Below, in pieces: positions 10,577 through 14,079 of a DNA stretch of 14,079 bases. Every line of letters starts with the position of its first letter. The stretch's first letter is position 1. The position numbers and the translations under genes are program-made. Origin of the DNA: Paraspadella gotoi (lineage: Eukaryota > Animalia > Chaetognatha); NCBI GenBank assembly GCA_051294375.1, contig JBJCIZ010000697.1, positions 1 to 14,079 of the forward strand, read 5' to 3'. The notes below the pieces were generated by a model. That model saw only the letters and a list, made by a program, of their open reading frames with translations, was not told the origin of the DNA and made no database searches.

Positions 10577-10589
10577 ATCTCCCCCCTGT
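10577..10589 (-). promoter_or_regulatory. Polypurine tract
   Basis: Minus strand ACAGGGGGGAGAT directly abuts the LTR-initial TGTT. Also at 7770-7780 (ACAGGGGAGAT), and absent outside the outermost LTR at 13382, as expected. Confidence 0.82.
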
Positions 10590-10797
10590 TGCATATCATG
10601 CAACATCAAATTTATAAAAAGAATTAAAAAGGGGATCAGGTTAGTATAAAAGATCAGGCAAATGAGCAGTTGGGATTTCAAATTTAGATAAAATCAAATG
10701 AATCATAAAATCAGCAGAATAAAAACAGAATCTCAGATGTGATTACTTCATTAATAAAATTATAAATTTCAAATTCATATTTACAATAAATTTTGCA

Positions 10798-12276
10798 TCA
10801 AATTGAGGCGTTTGTTGTTCGAAGGAATGTCAAAGAATTTAGAAGCACAGATGCTAATTTGAGACAAAGTTCATCAGGATTGGAGCAGACATCTTGGATT
10901 TGAGAATGTGAGGGCCTTGGTGATCATCAGTTTTCCTCGAAAAGACAGAGATGGCGACGAAACTGAAGACGTCGTGTACTTGCATTGAGAATTGTCCAAT
11001 TTGTAGTTGATCCAACGTCAAATTGATCTGAAGTTTCACTCAGAGAAACTTGGTTTAACTTTTGTAACAAAGAAACTTTACATTTAAAATCAGATTGAGC
11101 TTGAGCTTATTAAAAGCCAGACTTAAAACCAAATCAATTATCAAATCAATTTCATTGTAGTTTCTCGGTTTTTGCAGATAGGGTTGTCTTGAATCCATTC
11201 ATCATAAATCCATGGGAAGTAGGAATATTAAGGTCAGCAGAATAAGCAAATCATTTGAAATCCATGTAAACAGAGTTTCCAATGTTTGTTTGTGTATAAT
11301 GAATCATCATCCAGGGAATTCAAATTTACGATTGTGCTTCTGAACACGTAGCAATTCTTGTTTTGAAGTATATGGAAGCAAAGGGAGTACCACTTGTGAG
11401 AGAGGATGCTCCACTGACAAGAGAGACTTCTCCCAGAAATTGGCCATCTTCACAACAATTGCATGATTATTTTCATAATTACAGATCTTATCAGATTCGG
11501 AATCAGTCACAAAATTATTTCAAATTTATTCAGATCAATATCTGCTACCTTCAGATAGGAAGCATCATTTCCACATAATTTATGGATATTTTCAGGATAC
11601 CATTTTTATTTGTTCTCACCGCTGTTTGCCATGAATTAATTGGCGTCAGACCTTGTGGCATCACCTTTGATCATAGGAAGATGACGATTGCAGTTGAGAA
11701 GCAGAATCAATTTCATTTGGATTTGTTGCCAACGTCGTGAGAAGTATGTAGGAAATAGTGATGATCTGGGAACGTTATCATTGCCAGTGCTGCTCCAGTG
11801 AGTTTCAACAAAGGCTCCTCCTTTGCGTCTTGCTCAAGCTCATCAAAGGAAGATTTATTATTTGTTCAGAATCATCAATTTCCACAGTTTCAATTCCTCT
11901 TACATTGACAGATCCATTGTTAATATTTATAATTTCATATTCATCATTTTTAGAGTTTACCTCTGATTCAGATACCAAAGATTGATTTGCAGTTGATGTC
12001 ACGGATGTGGATGGCACTTCTGTTATTTCCAGAACTCGCTTCCACTAGACTTAGAATAATATTTAAGTAGCATTCATTGCACAGATAATCAAGTTTATCA
12101 ATAATATGTCCAGTGTGAAAACATATTACACATAATTTATGTTGGTTAGCAAAAGAGCATTGATCATCAAATCTAAATTCTTGAAATTTTTCACAGAATT
12201 CCAAGTGGTGATTATCATTACAATATGTACATAATTCCATTATTCCATCACCTGAATTGTCAGAATTAGATGCCAT
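10798..12276 (-). pseudogene. Frameshifted internal reading region: N-terminal BEL/Pao Gag-type Cys/His cluster plus unknown sequence
   Basis: ACCATGG start about 105 nt after the PBS, then CTYCNDNHHLEFCEKF...LCVICFHTGH...LCNEC, the CxxC-H-C / LCxxC-GH / CxxC pattern of BEL/Pao Gag. Later open segments are in shifting frames (e.g. SETSDQFDVGSTTNWTILNASTRRLQFRRHLCLFEEN, QIQDVCSNPDELCLKLASVLLNSLTFLRTTNASI*). The 3' end is inferred. Confidence 0.62.
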
Positions 12277-12380
12277 GGTTCCTTGTTGATAAAAAACCTG
12301 TTCATCACAGAATCAGATATGCCTGTCAGGTGGGCAGTCCTGTTGTTCCAGTTTGGGCTGCTTGGGGACTTGAACAGTTA

Positions 12381-12398
12381 TATAAATCCAGGGCGCCA
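12381..12398 (-). promoter_or_regulatory. Primer-binding site, tRNA-Lys-like start TGGCGCCC
   Basis: ...TTACA-AAA-TGGCGCCCTGGAT. The first 8 nt match the canonical tRNA-Lys PBS start. The homologue at about 9580-9598 has a 1-nt insertion. Confidence 0.68.
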
Positions 12399-12598
12399 TT
12401 TTGTAATGGTAGGAAAGGATCAAAACAAAAATTCCAATAAACAAATTCCAACTGAGGCATCAGAGGATATTTGTCAAAGATTGCAAATGGTCCATCAAAT
12501 CAGTTGCTTGCTGGCAAGGCCCGCAAACAAGCAGAGCTACAGGAAAAGCAAAATTAAGCTCCAAAGGATTCAGCTTTTAGATTGAAGGGTTGTCCTTC

Positions 12599-12787
12599 CA
12601 TCAGCATTGAGATGTAGGGATATCATTCCATCAAATTGAAGGATTACATCATCAGTATTGAGAATGAAGAAGTAGTAACATCAGCATTGAGAATGAAGTA
12701 GTAATAACATCAGCTTAGAGATTGACATCCCATCAGCTTTGAGATTGTGGAAGTAATTTCATCAGCTTTGAGAATGAAGAAGATTCC
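12599..12787. repeat. 21-30-bp minisatellite inside the LTR
   Basis: Core CATCAGC(A/T)TTGAGA(A/T)TG, or a variant, at 12599, 12629, 12650, 12679, 12708, 12731 and 12760; also at about 9800-9980. Confidence 0.85.
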
Positions 12788-12890
12788 TTGGGGTTTCTCA
12801 GTTTCAGATGAGAACATTGTTTGAGCAGTGCTTAATCTCGACTTAAATATTACTCAATCCATATATCAAAGATAAAAATAGAATAATAAC

Positions 12891-12896
12891 TTTATT
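12891..12896 (-). terminator. LTR polyadenylation signal AATAAA
   Basis: About 230 nt downstream of the TATA box on the minus strand; conserved in the middle LTR (~10088-10093). Confidence 0.5.
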
Positions 12897-12956
12897 AAGT
12901 ATTCAATATCCAATAATCATTGAAAAACGTGCATCAGAATGACAGAGAACCAAAAT

Positions 12957-13061
12957 GCAGCAGCAGCAGTAGAGCTGATACGCAGCAACAGTAGCAGCAG
13001 TATGCAGCAACAGAACCGAGACGCAGCATCAGCAGCAGCAGAGCCAAGACGCAGCAACAGC
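12957..13061. repeat. Imperfect CAG/CTG-rich tract inside the LTR
   Basis: GCAGCAGCAG and ACGCAGCA(A/T)CAG subunits; present in all three LTRs (~7335-7444, ~10154-10259). Confidence 0.85.
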
Positions 13062-13124
13062 TCAAAGCTACATAAAAGCTGATGGTCTCAGAGGAATCTC
13101 CCAAAAATTAAGAATTTACTCTCC

Positions 13125-13269
13125 TTTTATATACAAGGACACAATTATTACAACCAATGAGAGGAGAATTCACATTTTAAGAATAAGATCAAAACATCTA
13201 CTAGTTATTATTAACCAATGAGAGACCAGATATTCAAATTCAAGGTATAAAATTCAACCAATTAGAGAC
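13125..13269 (-). promoter_or_regulatory. LTR U3 promoter: three CCAAT-type boxes and a TATA box
   Basis: AACCAAT(G/T)AGAG at 13152, 13213 and 13256; minus-strand TATATAAAA at 13125-13133. Confidence 0.6.
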
Positions 13270-14079
13270 ATTAAACAGAACTATTGGAGTCATTCAATTA
13301 AACTTAAAACTCAGATATTTGAACCATTAAAAATAAAAGGTCAGGGCTAATTCAGATAAAATCTTTATAAACTCTTTAACAGGCATATTTTCCTATCAAT
13401 TAAAACCTTTTATGATAAAATATATCGAAAATTGACTCAAATATTAATATTTTAGAATATTTTTTTACTTTTTAAGCATTTTGTGGAATTGTTTTTGTCA
13501 ATATCTCAAAAACGAATCATCACAGAGAACTGAGATTAGACTCAAAAGAAAGATCATAAAATGAGGATTCTTTTGGATGTATAATATTACTAATTATGCT
13601 CTTGCTTGATGTTAAATTATTTAAAAATATATATATAAAATTTAACAATTTTATACATAGCATTTCATTATAGTTATTGGTTGAAGAAAAATTTAAAATT
13701 AGGTTAATTTTGAAGCTAAGCAATTGTATGTTACATTTCTATAGTTTTTTATTAAATAAGAATTGATTAAGTCTTTCATGTAGTAATTACAAAATGGTTA
13801 CTATTTTTGTAATAAATTGAGTTATTTTTAATAATAACTTGAGAACGAATAATCGTAGGCTTATGAGAGTGAGTTCAAATTAAAGCTCTCTTTCAGTAGA
13901 TAATGATTGATATAAAGAAAGTAAAATTTGACAAAGAATGACAAAGTCGTTGATTAGTTCTCATTATTTTGTATAAAAAATTATAACAAAACTTTAAAAT
14001 TCAATTAAAAAAAAACTTGCTTGGATCAGAATTTTTCGACTTCACTACGATGTAGTAAAAAACATTATATTTTTCATTT

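Larger units (their letters stand above)
7165..13381 (-). mobile_element. Tandem array of a non-autonomous BEL/Pao-related LTR element (partial LTR-internal-LTR-internal-LTR)
   Basis: Homologous LTR ends TCTTTAACA at 7769, 10576 and 13381 (periods 2807 and 2805). Similarity stops exactly at 13381. Two homologous interiors (7770-9601, 10577-12401) are each bounded by a PBS-like site and a PPT. Confidence 0.88.
12402..13381 (-). repeat. 5' LTR (980 bp)
   Basis: Minus strand TGTTAA...TTACA, followed by AAA-TGGCGCCC. Contains three CCAAT-type boxes, TATATAAAA and AATAAA in U3-R-U5 order. Confidence 0.82.

Noticed and set aside
12599-12787. CRISPR array
   Set aside because: Units are only 21-30 bp in total, the tails are related to each other, the array lies inside a eukaryotic LTR, and there are no cas genes.
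13084-13094. TGGTCTCAGAGG as a Met-tRNA-like PBS
   Set aside because: It is on the opposite strand to the PPT and ORF polarity and lies in the middle of the LTR.
13382-14079. Right flank ORF 13520-13723 and short matches to other parts of the window
   Set aside because: Very AT-rich, low-information sequence; matches of 13 bp or less are plausible by chance.

Overview
AT-rich eukaryotic (probably animal) DNA made almost entirely of nested transposable elements; I find no intact host gene. Left half: a 5257-bp element (41-5297) with 20-bp terminal inverted repeats and a duplicated CATCATG target has split a LINE reverse transcriptase. Joining the flanks restores ...AFNRVWHD-GLIIKMKEVGF. Nested inside it are a Ty3/gypsy 5' end (LTR, PBS, gag), a DINE-1/HINE-like 154-bp tandem repeat interrupted by a 609-bp foldback element with an 8-bp TSD, and a second degraded palindrome. 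Centre: a DINE-1/HINE-like element and a possible BEL/Pao gag N-terminus. Right half: a minus-strand tandem array of a small LTR element (partial LTR-I-LTR-I-LTR, period about 2.8 kb, LTR about 980 bp, PBS and PPT present). Its ~1.83-kb interior has no recognisable RT, protease or integrase. It carries only a BEL/Pao-like Cys/His cluster at the very N-terminus of an otherwise unrecognisable ~490-codon frameshifted reading region. Copies differ mostly by small indels and TA-rich patches, which suggests noisy long-read consensus, so frameshifts and copy number need read-level confirmation.
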